This document shows positions 9,525 to 18,772 of a DNA stretch of 64,000 bases, one piece after another. Both the position numbers and the translations under genes were made by a program. Origin of the DNA: Myxococcota bacterium (GTDB lineage Bacteria; Myxococcota_A; Polyangia; HGW-17); the NCBI GenBank assembly GCA_018817795.1, contig JAHITJ010000199.1:11682-75681 (forward strand). Direction: 5' to 3'. The notes below the pieces were generated by a model. The model did not search any database. It had not been told where the DNA came from and worked only from the letters and a program-made list of their open reading frames with translations. Position 1 is the stretch's first letter. The number at the start of each line of letters is the position of its first letter.

Positions 9525-12500
9525 TTATGATGCGTTAATCGCGAGCATGGCGCCGGCCTGCTCCATACCCTTGAAAAAGCCGATGCGGGAGGAAAGTTGA
9601 AGGGCATTCTCGGCCCACTCGATCCGCAACTCTTCGTCGAGCTCGCCCAGGTGCAGCGTGTTCTGGATCAGGCTGACGCGATCGCCGGTCTGCAGCATGA
9701 AGTGTACCGCCTTTTTCAGGTGCACCACGGCTTCGGGCCGGCGCTTCAGTTCGATGAACATCTGCGCAAGCGCCTCGTGCAGGCGGCTGCAGGCCAGATA
9801 GGAGCGCGTCACGAACGGCTTCTCCAGCGCGGTCATGCAGGTCTCGATGGCCTGATCGGACTTGCCGCGCAGGAACTCGAACTGTGCGCACTGCAGGTAC
9901 AGCCGCCAGGCCGAGATGGGCATGCGTGGGGTGCCCTCGAGCATCGCCAGACAGGTCCGCAACTGGGTGATGCCCAGATCAAAGCGCCCCTTCTGCATCT
10001 CGATCTGTCCCAGATCATGGAAGACACGGTAGAGCACCTGCGGGTCCCGGGCTTTCTGTGCCATCCGGGTCGCCCGCGTGATCAGATCTTCGGCGCGATC
10101 ATCGGGCGAGTCTGCACAGCAGCGGGCCAGGGAAGCCAGGATGACCGCCTCGCAGGATGCACAGTCCATGCAGAACGTCAGCGCCTCCCGCAGCACGGTC
10201 TCGGCCGCATGAATCTGACCGGTGAACCGCAGGAGATCCCCGTACCGGGCGCTGATCTGGGCGTATCTCAACTCGTCTTTGCCCGTCAGCGCCTCCATCT
10301 TGGCCAGCTCGTGGGCTTTCCTGTAATAGAAAATGGCCCCCTGATCGTCGAGCCGGAACTCGCAGTGGGCTGCGGCCTGCTCGAAGTACATGGAGGCATC
10401 CGGAAGCCGGTGGGCGTACAGGGCATGGAACGCCAGAACATGCGGATCGAGATGGGCCGCATAGTCGGAGTCGAGCAGCTCCTCATGAATCTCCGAGCGC
10501 AGCGTCGCGGGCATCTCCTCAAGGATGAGGCGGGCCACCAACGGATGAGCCAACTGGAGGTTGCCGTCACCGGTGCGCCGCAGGAAGCCGCGTCTCTCGC
10601 AGATATCCACCGCCTGGGAGGCCGAGGTCCCGATGCCCAGTGCCAGCTCGGCCACAGCCTCGGGCACGACATTGCCGTAGATGGAAATCCACTGCAGCAG
10701 GTGCTGGGCCTTTTTGGGAAGACGCCGCACGCGCAATTGCACCAGATCCACCAATGGCAGGTTCACCTCGGACCCGCCCTCGGTCAACAGACGCATGCCC
10801 TCGAGCAGGTGCAGGGGAAGTCCACCGGCGGCCGAGATCAGCGCCGACAGGTGCCCGTGCCAGGAACAACTGTTCTCGGACATGACCACGAAGCCCAGAT
10901 CCCGCGCCACCTCGTCTTCGAGCCGGTTCAGGATCAGGTGTTCATACAATTCACTCGGCATGCTGTCGGCGACGAAGAGCGGATGTTCCCCGGTGTTGAT
11001 CACCTTGATCGGCAGCCCCTGGATCATGAAGTACAACTGCTCCAGCACGCGACAGGAGGGCAGATCGTAGACGTCGACGTCATGAAACACGAGCAGCGTC
11101 GGACGGTTTTTGGTGGCCGCGCAGAGAAACCGCGCCACCGAGGTGATCATCTCGCGCAGCCTGACCTGGAACTCCAGGGTGGGCTGGTCGCCCTCGAGTT
11201 CGAACAGGTTCAAAAGGTGGGGCACGTCCTCGGGGTCCAGTTCGAGCACCATACAGATGCCCAGCAGGTCGTCGAGACCGGGCGACTCCGGCAGGCCCGC
11301 CAGGGCCAGGGCCAACTGGCGCACGGGCCACCATGACCGCTGGCACCCCAGCGGGTCCGGGTCGACATGGTACACCGCGACGGGGATGTCTCCCAGATCC
11401 GCCAGCGCCGAGCGCACCAGGGAGGTCTTCCCGATGCCCAGCTCTCCGGAGATCTCCAGGCACAGCTTCCGACTGCGCATGAAGTCGGCGATGGCGATCT
11501 TCTCGCGATCGCGACCAAAGAACGGCGCCGAAAAGATCTTCTCCTTCATGAGGATGCGTTCGAGGGTCTCCATGACCGAGACGGATTCGATCTTGCTAGT
11601 GGAAACCCGATCCCGGTTGGTGGCACCGCAGTGCGGACAGAACTTGTGATCGGTGCGCATCTCCTGGTTGCAGGAGCCGCACACGACGACCGCGGGCGCG
11701 GAAGAAAACTGGAGTAATTTTTTCAGTTCCGCAGCCGACTGGATACGCTCGGCCGGATTTTTTGTGAGCACGCGATCCATGACCGCGTCAATCTCGGGCG
11801 GCAGTTCGGGCACAAGCTGGGTGGGCGGAACATGCCGTTTCTCGATGTGCGCCAGCAGCACGTCAAAGATGGCCGGACCGGTGAAGGGCAACTGGCCCGT
11901 GATCATCTCGTACAGGATGATGCCGGCCGAGTACAGGTCCGAAGCGGCGGTGGCAGCCTGTCCCTTGATCGTCTCCGGTGCCATGTACTCGGGGGTGCCA
12001 AAGATCTCGCCGTGCTGGGTGAGCCGCTGCTCGTTGGGCACCTGGTGCAGCGCGATTCCGAAGTCAACGATCTTGCAGAAATCCTCGCCCGAGCGCATGG
12101 CCATGACCATGATGTTGTCGGGCTTGAGATCGCGGTGCACCACCTCGCGGCTATGGGCCTCATCGAGCGCGGAGAGGATCTGCGAAAAGATCTGCAGGGA
12201 CCGCTTCCACGGCAGTCGCCCCTCCGCGTGCAGCACACCGCCCAGCGAGGCACCCTTGATGAACTCGCAGACCATGTAGGGGATGCCGGTGACCGTGTCC
12301 CCGGAGGTGATCACGGACAGGATGTTCGGATGCGAAAGAGCGCCGATGGCGGTGGCTTCCTTCTTGAAACGGGCCAGGAAGCGGGCGTCCTGCGCAAACG
12401 CAGGCTTGAGCAGCTTGATCGCCACCGAGGAACCGAGATCCACGTGGGCGCCGCGATAGACCCAGGCCATCGCGCCTTCCCCGACGAACTCCTCCATGCG

Positions 12501-12638
12501 GTAGCGCTTCTCGATGATCGCGCCCTGCAGACTGGCGCCGTCGCGCTGGGGCAGATGGGTGAGGGCACCGTTGCATTCCGGGCATTCGTGATACGAAAGC
12601 ACGTTGGGCAGTCGGCATTTTTCGCAGACCCGGTACAT
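9525..12638 (-). CDS. Ser/Thr protein kinase fused to a STAND-type P-loop NTPase and TPR-like repeats (Zn-ribbon / kinase / Zn-ribbon / AAA / TPR)
   Basis: ORF 9525..12668; ATG 12638 is preceded by AAGGAG with an 8-nt spacer. Domains in order: CEKC...CPEC zinc ribbon; Hanks motifs GEGAMAWVY, VAIKLL, HRDLKPDNIM, DFG, GTPEYMAPE; CGSC...CPHC second ribbon; Walker A GELGIGKTS; about 500 aa of helical repeats. Confidence 0.85.
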   Translation of the reverse strand: MYRVCEKCRLPNVLSYHECPECNGALTHLPQRDGASLQGAIIEKRYRMEEFVGEGAMAWVYRGAHVDLGSSVAIKLLKPAFAQDARFLARFKKEATAIGALSHPNILSVITSGDTVTGIPYMVCEFIKGASLGGVLHAEGRLPWKRSLQIFSQILSALDEAHSREVVHRDLKPDNIMVMAMRSGEDFCKIVDFGIALHQVPNEQRLTQHGEIFGTPEYMAPETIKGQAATAASDLYSAGIILYEMITGQLPFTGPAIFDVLLAHIEKRHVPPTQLVPELPPEIDAVMDRVLTKNPAERIQSAAELKKLLQFSSAPAVVVCGSCNQEMRTDHKFCPHCGATNRDRVSTSKIESVSVMETLERILMKEKIFSAPFFGRDREKIAIADFMRSRKLCLEISGELGIGKTSLVRSALADLGDIPVAVYHVDPDPLGCQRSWWPVRQLALALAGLPESPGLDDLLGICMVLELDPEDVPHLLNLFELEGDQPTLEFQVRLREMITSVARFLCAATKNRPTLLVFHDVDVYDLPSCRVLEQLYFMIQGLPIKVINTGEHPLFVADSMPSELYEHLILNRLEDEVARDLGFVVMSENSCSWHGHLSALISAAGGLPLHLLEGMRLLTEGGSEVNLPLVDLVQLRVRRLPKKAQHLLQWISIYGNVVPEAVAELALGIGTSASQAVDICERRGFLRRTGDGNLQLAHPLVARLILEEMPATLRSEIHEELLDSDYAAHLDPHVLAFHALYAHRLPDASMYFEQAAAHCEFRLDDQGAIFYYRKAHELAKMEALTGKDELRYAQISARYGDLLRFTGQIHAAETVLREALTFCMDCASCEAVILASLARCCADSPDDRAEDLITRATRMAQKARDPQVLYRVFHDLGQIEMQKGRFDLGITQLRTCLAMLEGTPRMPISAWRLYLQCAQFEFLRGKSDQAIETCMTALEKPFVTRSYLACSRLHEALAQMFIELKRRPEAVVHLKKAVHFMLQTGDRVSLIQNTLHLGELDEELRIEWAENALQLSSRIGFFKGMEQAGAMLAINAS

Positions 12639-12871
12639 CGCCAGCACTCCTTGCAGCCGTGGCGCCATCCTGGCACGAGGTGCACCTTCGAAAAATCATT
12701 CAATATGTGTCGAAGGTTCCGTCAATATACTCAAATGGGCTGTACAAACAAGATGTTTTCTTGGGATTTTAATGGGGCCACTACACATCGGCCAATCAAC
12801 TCATTGCGTTTAATCTTTTTTTTAATTATTTTACGCTTCCATCGAATAGCAAATAGCCGCGATCGCGACCA

Positions 12872-13447
12872 TTACCTGCGAAAAACATGCACGTCCACGT
12901 CGGTGGGCTCCTGCGCGAGAAGGCTCATGGCGGTCAGTCCCCCCACGATCACGCCCACTCCCGTCCAGAAAAGCCAGTTGCGATAAAACGGAGCCAGATC
13001 ACCTGTGGACGACCGCCGCACCGGAGGCTGCGGTTTCTGGAGCAGCAGCAGGAACGCCTCACTGAGCCTTCCCTTGGGCCCGGGCACCGCGAACGGACCC
13101 GAGAAACCTTCCCCGGGTCCCTGCACGTAAAGACCACGAACGGTCAGGATCACCCAGCGGTCGATCTTCAGGTGCACACGGTGTTTCTCCAGCACGGCCC
13201 GCACCAGCGGATCGGGGTAAGCGGCCACCGCCTGCAGGGTCGACTTGAGGGAGGCCTGCTGCTCGGGTTTGAACTCGGTCTCCGAAAGAAGCCTGATGGC
13301 CGGTTGCAGCGCCAGCATCGTCTGGACGCGCGCAAACTCGCCCGCACCGGGATGATCAAGGTTGATCAGCGCCACCGTCGGCTTCGGCTCCGGAGTCGGC
13401 GGCGTCGTGAAAACCAGAACCAGGAAAAACAGATTCGACATGACCAA
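12872..13447 (-). CDS. hypothetical exported protein with C-terminal membrane anchor
   Basis: 191 aa. N-terminal hydrophobic signal (MSNLFFLVLVF), Pro-rich linker, C-terminal TM segment (WLFWTGVGVIVGGLTAMSLL). No family recognised. Confidence 0.5.
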   Translation of the reverse strand: MVMSNLFFLVLVFTTPPTPEPKPTVALINLDHPGAGEFARVQTMLALQPAIRLLSETEFKPEQQASLKSTLQAVAAYPDPLVRAVLEKHRVHLKIDRWVILTVRGLYVQGPGEGFSGPFAVPGPKGRLSEAFLLLLQKPQPPVRRSSTGDLAPFYRNWLFWTGVGVIVGGLTAMSLLAQEPTDVDVHVFRR

Positions 13448-13508
13448 TCACCTTTGGGAGTCGAGGGTGCGGTCGACCCATCGGGAAAAACCGCCGCGGG
13501 TGGATCCC

Positions 13509-14777
13509 CTATCGCGGATCGATGTCACCGGGAAAGCCGGTCAGGAAGAAGAGATACGAGGCGTTGGACCCACCGACCACCAACTCCTGTGAAGCGCCGG
13601 TGGTCAGCACATGCAGGGAACTGCCGAAGCGTTTCTCGTTGGCCGGAGCGCCCAGGACAGTCACAGGAACCGGCGCGTCTCCAGAGGCCGGATCCAGTTC
13701 GTAGATGTAAACCTCACCGTTTCTGCCCGAACCGGCGGGACGATCCGGCTCGGCCACGCACAATTCCAGCACCCCGTCGGCATCAAGGTCGATCAGACCG
13801 GCGACATGACCCACGGACTTGTTCTCCTCACGCAGGATCCAGCGGGGTGCGGCAGGAAAATAGTTCGCAGCCGCCGGATCCGCGGGAAAAATATAGGTGG
13901 CCTCGCAGGCGCCCACAATCAGGTCCGTGTCGGTGTCCCCATCGAGATGACCGGCCACGAGCGTGCACACGTTGGTGCCTGGCAGGGTGTCGGATCCGGT
14001 GATCCACTGCACGGCGGCCTCAGGGAACGCGGCCGAAAAAGGCACCAGCAGCACTGTCCACAACGGATCGGACTGGGGTCCGGGCGTGTGGCCACCGACG
14101 GCCAGCACCGGGTTCCGGTCGATCCACAGCACGGTCAGGAACGACTGGTTTCCGTTCTCGGTCAACTCCTGAAGCGTGGGCACGGTGAAGCCTTCAGGAT
14201 AAGGGAAAAACCGTGAGGTCGCCGAACTCAACTGCTCGTCAAATACGGTCAGGCCCTGGGCCGAGGCGACGACGATCTCCATGCCGCCGGTGCGGTCCAG
14301 GTCGGCCGCAACGATCGAGCTGCCGAATTCGGCGCCACCGGAGACGGTGGCCTCCCGGGTGAGCTCGTACACGCCGTCGGCAGGGTTGAGCGAGAACACG
14401 GTGACGCTCTGAAACCGGCCGTCGGAGAGCACCGCACGCCAGCGACCGTCCTTGGCGGGGAGCGGGACGATCATGCTCACCGAGACGCCCTCGTCGAAGG
14501 AGAAGGCCTGCCGGGAGACGGTCCCGTCGGTCTCGAGGGTGATCACCGCCAGCGGGGAGTCACCGTTGCCACCGGCCAGGTAGACGTCGGATACGACCAC
14601 CCCCAGATCATTGAGCACCGGGCTGACCACCTGCCCGAAGTTGGTGCCCGAGAAGTTCTTGGGCGGCTCGATCGCCTGCACCGTGGCCTGCGATTCCAGA
14701 TCGTCGAACACCCGCCAGTCGCAACCCGCGGTCATCCAAAGCATGCACAACATGAGAAAAGCTGGAAACGTCTTCAT
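13509..14777 (-). CDS. FG-GAP/VCBS repeat lipoprotein
   Basis: MKTFPAFLMLCMLWMTAGC lipoprotein signal. Repeated integrin-alpha-like Ca-binding loops: DLDRTGGMEIVV, GHLDGDTDTDLIVG, DLDADGVLELCV. Confidence 0.75.
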   Translation of the reverse strand: MKTFPAFLMLCMLWMTAGCDWRVFDDLESQATVQAIEPPKNFSGTNFGQVVSPVLNDLGVVVSDVYLAGGNGDSPLAVITLETDGTVSRQAFSFDEGVSVSMIVPLPAKDGRWRAVLSDGRFQSVTVFSLNPADGVYELTREATVSGGAEFGSSIVAADLDRTGGMEIVVASAQGLTVFDEQLSSATSRFFPYPEGFTVPTLQELTENGNQSFLTVLWIDRNPVLAVGGHTPGPQSDPLWTVLLVPFSAAFPEAAVQWITGSDTLPGTNVCTLVAGHLDGDTDTDLIVGACEATYIFPADPAAANYFPAAPRWILREENKSVGHVAGLIDLDADGVLELCVAEPDRPAGSGRNGEVYIYELDPASGDAPVPVTVLGAPANEKRFGSSLHVLTTGASQELVVGGSNASYLFFLTGFPGDIDPR

Positions 14778-14784
14778 GGTTGCC

Positions 14785-16434
14785 TCAATAATGGAACGTC
14801 AGTCCCAGTCCGGCGCCGCCGGGCAGCATCAGGGGTTCCCAGGTGACCGACGCCCCATCGGGCACGGTCTGGAGTCGAATCCTGGAGTCCGGACTCGTGT
14901 CGATGAACGTGCGGTACAGCGCCACCGTGAACGACAGCGCCGATAGGCCGTAAAGCACGTTGGCCGCGATGGCGTAGATCTTGCCGTCCTGCAGCCGGGA
15001 GTCATTGCTGAACACAGGAATGCCCGCGTCCAGGTCTGCCTGGTAGTCATCCTTGAACTGCACCGACTTGCCGCCGGCCCAGATGCCTGCGCCCAGGGCC
15101 GCCAGACCGAGGACATACCCGGAGATGGCACCCGTGCGGTCCGGCGCGCGATTGAGGGTGACCTCGAAGGTCTTCTGCTCTCCGGCGACGACTTCCACGC
15201 GCTGTTCCACCGCCTTGCGGCCCTTCTTCAGGATGCGCAGCCGGTGCGAACCGACGGGAATCTTCACTTTCGAGCAGGGCGCCACGCAGATCGTCTTGTT
15301 TCCAAGCTTCACCCGGGCGTCCCGGACGTTGCGCCCGAGGATCGTGAGGTAGCCGATGGGCTGCCGCTCGAGCTTCACGTGCAACGTGTTGCTCTCTCCG
15401 GCGGAGACGTCGAGCTCGCGCTTCTCCTCACGGAAGCCGTCCTGCTCAACGAAGACGGTGTGCTTGCCCGGCTTCAGCACGCCGTTGAACGGCGTGTGTC
15501 CCACGGGACCGATCTCCTTGTTGTCCACGAACACCTGGGCGCCGGGCACGTTGCTCGTGATCTGGACCCAGGCCATGTTCACGTCCTTTTTCATGGAAAC
15601 CATGATGTCAAGCATGCGGTTTTCCTGCACGTTGATCTCACGTTTGATGTCGGAAAACCCCTTCATCTCCACGATCAGGACATGTTTGCCGAGAGGAATC
15701 TCCCCTTCGAACGGGGTGGTGCCCAGCTTTTCCTTCTTGTGGTTCAGGTACAGAACCGCGCCGGGTGGATCAGTGGACACCGCTGTCAGTGTTCGTGTGG
15801 CGATCGGCGGAAGTTCGGGCTTCACCAGCGGTGGTGCAGGCTTGTCCACGGGCTTGTCCACAGGCTTGTCGCCGGGCTTGTCCACAGGCTTGTCGCCAGG
15901 CTTGTCGCCGGGCTTGTCGCCGGGCTTGTCGCTGGGCTTGTCGCCGGGCTTGTCCACGGGCTTGTCCACGGGCTTGTCGCCGGGCTTGTCCACGGGCTTG
16001 TCGCCGGGCTTGTCCACGGGCTTTTTCTGGCTTTCCTTATATTCGATAAGCCGATCCAACAACCGGATGCGCGCCTGAATCGACGCGAGCTCCTTGGTCT
16101 GTGGATCCTTCGCCAGATACTCCACAAAATACTGCTTGGCCTCTGTGAATTTCTCCACCTTTTCATAGCACACCGCAATGTTGAACAGAAACGCGGCCAG
16201 CGGCTTGTACTCATAGGCCTTGAGGAAGGACTCGGCGGCCTTGTCGAACTGGCCGGCGCCGAACATCGCCTGGCCGGCCTTGAAGTGTTCCTTGGCCTTT
16301 TCGGTGGCGTTTTCCTTCTGGCCTTTGCCGCCGGAGCCTTTCTGTGCCGAAGCGGTCAAGGGATTGGACGCGAGCAGGACCAGAGTGAACAGGAAAGACA
16401 GGAGTTGGATCTGTTTCATAGCTGTCTCATACAT
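14785..16434 (-). CDS. TPR / (KPxD)n linker / PEGA-domain envelope protein
   Basis: ORF 14785..16809 trimmed to ATG 16434 (alternative ATG 16419). Signal MKQIQLLSFLFTLVLLASNPLTASA. TPR-like AKEHFKAGQAMFGAGQFDKAAESFLKAYEY. About 16 KP(V/G/S)D units. Three PEGA-like modules (for example PPGAVLYLNHKKEKLGTTPFEGEIPLGKHVLIVEMKGF). Hydrophobic C-terminal segments. Confidence 0.75.
   Translation of the reverse strand: MYETAMKQIQLLSFLFTLVLLASNPLTASAQKGSGGKGQKENATEKAKEHFKAGQAMFGAGQFDKAAESFLKAYEYKPLAAFLFNIAVCYEKVEKFTEAKQYFVEYLAKDPQTKELASIQARIRLLDRLIEYKESQKKPVDKPGDKPVDKPGDKPVDKPVDKPGDKPSDKPGDKPGDKPGDKPVDKPGDKPVDKPVDKPAPPLVKPELPPIATRTLTAVSTDPPGAVLYLNHKKEKLGTTPFEGEIPLGKHVLIVEMKGFSDIKREINVQENRMLDIMVSMKKDVNMAWVQITSNVPGAQVFVDNKEIGPVGHTPFNGVLKPGKHTVFVEQDGFREEKRELDVSAGESNTLHVKLERQPIGYLTILGRNVRDARVKLGNKTICVAPCSKVKIPVGSHRLRILKKGRKAVEQRVEVVAGEQKTFEVTLNRAPDRTGAISGYVLGLAALGAGIWAGGKSVQFKDDYQADLDAGIPVFSNDSRLQDGKIYAIAANVLYGLSALSFTVALYRTFIDTSPDSRIRLQTVPDGASVTWEPLMLPGGAGLGLTFHY
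15839..16020 (-). repeat. 12-nt in-frame tandem repeat (~15-16 units) encoding KP(V/G/S)D
   Basis: Plus strand reads GGCTTGTC(C/G)(A/C)C(G/A/C/T) reiterated. The units differ only at 2-3 positions. Confidence 0.9.
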
Positions 16435-16549
16435 GGTTTCCGGCCGGGGTTGGCCATTCACACCCCACAGGAATAGCACAAGTTGCCCGGATGTGCATGT
16501 ACTAACTCCGGATGTGCCGCTTCCCTGCCAGAAAAAATCACACCTACAT

Positions 16550-16578
16550 TTGACTTCATCAAACCACCATGGTATACA
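16550..16578 (+). promoter_or_regulatory. candidate sigma70-type promoter for the PilZ gene
   Basis: TTGACT (16550-16555), 17-nt spacer, TATACA (16573-16578), followed by AAGGAGG (16586-16592) and ATG 16598. Confidence 0.4.
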
Positions 16579-16597
16579 AATACCCAAGGAGGTACTC

Positions 16598-16945
16598 ATG
16601 CAGCCAGGAATCGCCGAACACCGCAAGAATCCGAGATGGCGTGTCTTCTGCCCGGTCGTGGTGCGCAGCATCGAATACGGTGAAACCCAGGCGCTGGGCA
16701 TCAACATTTCGTCCGGGGGCATCTTCATCCAGACCTTCGACCCACTACCCCTGGGAACGCAGGTCGAGATCCAATTGGGGAACGCCGACGGCGTCATCGC
16801 CCGCGGCATCGTCAGGAGTCATTATTACATGACGTACCGGGAGCGGGAACATCCCGCCTCCTGCACCGGCATGGGCGTGCGCTTCGTCGGCTTCGATGAC
16901 ATGACCGCCGCCGGTCCCGATGTCTTCACTCACCTGATGCACTAG
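16598..16945 (+). CDS. stand-alone PilZ domain protein (putative c-di-GMP receptor)
   Basis: ORF 16220..16945 trimmed to ATG 16598 behind AAGGAGG. RKNPR (RxxxR) followed by NISSGG ((D/N)xSxxG) about 25 aa later is the PilZ signature. Confidence 0.7.
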   Translation: MQPGIAEHRKNPRWRVFCPVVVRSIEYGETQALGINISSGGIFIQTFDPLPLGTQVEIQLGNADGVIARGIVRSHYYMTYREREHPASCTGMGVRFVGFDDMTAAGPDVFTHLMH

Positions 16946-17057
16946 CACCAACTGTCCGGAGGTCGCCAGGCGGCCCGATGGTCTCGCCCAAGCGGGGCTC
17001 TCATCGAAAGCATGGGAATTATTAATATTTTTCGCAAATGTTCGGGGTAGTGGGGTG

Positions 17058-18689
17058 CTAGCCGAGGATGGCCTTGAGGTCGGCTTCGGGCGTGGTGATC
17101 GGCATGAGGTTGAAATTCTCGTGAAGGAAGGCCACCACATCGGGCTTCAGGAAGGCCGGGATCGTGGGTCCCAGGCGCATGTTGCGGATACCCAGGTGCA
17201 GCAACGTCAGCAGGATGCACACGGCCTTCTGCTCATACCAGGACAGCACCAGCGACAGCGGCAGGCTGTTCACATCGGTGCCGAAGGCGTTGGCCAGCGC
17301 CACGGCAATCTGGATCGCGGAGTAGGCGTCGTTGCACTGTCCCACGTCGAGCAGCCGCGGGATGCCGCCGATGTCGCCGAAGTCGAGCTTGTTGAAGCGG
17401 TACTTGCCACAGGCGAGCGTCAGGATCACGGTGTCCTTCGGGGCCTGCACCGTGAAGTCGGTGTAGTAGTTCCGTCCCGGTTTGGCGCCGTCGCAGCCGC
17501 CGACCAGGAAGAAGTGGCGGATCTTGCCGGCCTTCACGGCCTCGATGACCGGGCCGGCGACGTTCATGACCGCCTGGTGGCCGAAACCCACGAGGATCTC
17601 GTGCACTGGCTCGTCAGCCGCGAAGCCGGACATCGCCAGGGCCTTCTCAATCACGGGTCCGAAGTTCTCACGGTCGGGCACATGTGCCACACCCGGGAAC
17701 GCGACCAGTCCGGTCGTGAAGATGCGGTCGATATAGGTCTGAGCGGGCTTCTGGATGCAGTTGGTGGTCATCAGGATCGCTCCCGGGAAGGCATCGAACT
17801 CCTTTTTCTGGTCCTGCCAGGCGCCGCCGTAGTTGCCCACCAGGTGCGGGTAGGCCTTGAGGACCGGATATCCGTGCGCGGGCAGCATCTCACCGTGGGT
17901 GTAGATATTGATTCCCTTGCCTGCGGTCTGCTTCAGCAATGCCTCGAGATCGCGCAGGTCGTGGCCCGACACCAGGATGCACTTTCCCGCCACCGGATTG
18001 ACGTTGACCTTTGTGGGCACCGGATGCCCGAAGGAACCCGTGTTGCCGGCGTCGAGGAGGCCCATGACCGTCAGGTTCAGTTCACCCACAGCCATCGCCT
18101 GGGCCACCAGCTCGTCGGTGGTCGGCGTGGTCTCCAGGAACGCGAGGATCTCATGCATCTTCGCGTACACGGCGGGATCCTCCTGCCCGACGATCATGGC
18201 ATGATCAGCATAGGCGGCCACTCCCTTGAGTCCGTAGAGGATCAACTCCTCGAGGCCGACGTTGATCGGGCTCTGGCCCTGTTCACGCTTCAGGAACGAG
18301 GCATCCAGGGCCTGCACCAGGCGGCCGTCCTTGTCCTGATGCAGCGAGAACGTGGCCGACAAGGGCAGACCCGAAAGATCAACGCCTTGGCTCTTGAGCG
18401 TGCCCGCCAGTCGATCCCGCAACGACACGGCGTGGGCGACCAGCGCATCGATCTTGTCCACATCGAAGTTGACGTTGGTGACCGTGGTGAACAGCGCCTC
18501 GAGCGTGAAGCGGTTCACCTCAACGTCCTCGAGGCCGTGGGTGCGGGCGAGCCTGGCGACCTGGGCCAGGCCCTTGGTGGCCAGAACCAGCAGGTCCTGC
18601 ATGATCGCCGTCTCGTTGGTCTTGCCGCACACGCCGTTGGTGGTGCAGCCGGTTCCCTGGGCAGCTTGTTCACATTGATAACAGAACAT
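17058..18689 (-). CDS. hcp: hydroxylamine reductase / hybrid-cluster protein
   Basis: ORF 17058..18695 (MKMFCYQCEQ...). GGAGGA abuts the first ATG, so the second ATG (18689, MFCYQCEQAAQGTGCT, the canonical Hcp N-terminal Cys cluster) is the likelier start. Full-length colinear Hcp. Confidence 0.9.
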   Translation of the reverse strand: MFCYQCEQAAQGTGCTTNGVCGKTNETAIMQDLLVLATKGLAQVARLARTHGLEDVEVNRFTLEALFTTVTNVNFDVDKIDALVAHAVSLRDRLAGTLKSQGVDLSGLPLSATFSLHQDKDGRLVQALDASFLKREQGQSPINVGLEELILYGLKGVAAYADHAMIVGQEDPAVYAKMHEILAFLETTPTTDELVAQAMAVGELNLTVMGLLDAGNTGSFGHPVPTKVNVNPVAGKCILVSGHDLRDLEALLKQTAGKGINIYTHGEMLPAHGYPVLKAYPHLVGNYGGAWQDQKKEFDAFPGAILMTTNCIQKPAQTYIDRIFTTGLVAFPGVAHVPDRENFGPVIEKALAMSGFAADEPVHEILVGFGHQAVMNVAGPVIEAVKAGKIRHFFLVGGCDGAKPGRNYYTDFTVQAPKDTVILTLACGKYRFNKLDFGDIGGIPRLLDVGQCNDAYSAIQIAVALANAFGTDVNSLPLSLVLSWYEQKAVCILLTLLHLGIRNMRLGPTIPAFLKPDVVAFLHENFNLMPITTPEADLKAILG

Positions 18690-18772
18690 TTTCATTCCTC
18701 CATCGGAAAGGGTTATTGAAACGACTTTGCCGTTCCTCGGAATGAGGTATAACCGGAATTCGGAGTCCGAAT

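Noticed and set aside
9597-11336. 579-aa plus-strand ORF, one of a class of very long ORFs opposite recognised genes. Others: 17055..18719, 21167..22561, 22960..24369, 24467..25996, 28062..29819, 30829..32157, 35770..36855, 43180..44766, 49635..50996, 53245..54828, 55054..56328, 57800..58522, 60438..62156, 62669..63535
   Set aside because: Each lies antisense to a gene with strong family motifs (kinases, hcp, photolyase, RND pump, typA and so on). Their compositions are the typical high-GC shadow (Arg/Gly/His/Val/Asp-rich with few Lys/Ile/Asn/Phe). None has a plausible RBS or recognisable domain.
12671-12684. TGGCAC-GAGG-TGCA, sigma54-like
   Set aside because: The GG-to-GC spacing is 8 nt rather than 10. 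The element points on the plus strand into the 3' end of a minus-strand gene, so it has no sensible target.
12685-12716. 7-bp inverted repeat CCTTCGA...TCGAAGG upstream of the STAND kinase start
   Set aside because: The stem is short and the loop is 18 nt. Start-codon uncertainty (12638 versus 12668) makes any regulatory reading too speculative.
15839-16020. Tandem repeats at 15839..16020, 40373..40567 and 42520..42912, considered as possible CRISPR arrays
   Set aside because: The units are contiguous with no unique spacers, measure 12, 39 and 57 nt, lie in frame inside long ORFs, and encode sensible peptide repeats. No cas genes are present.
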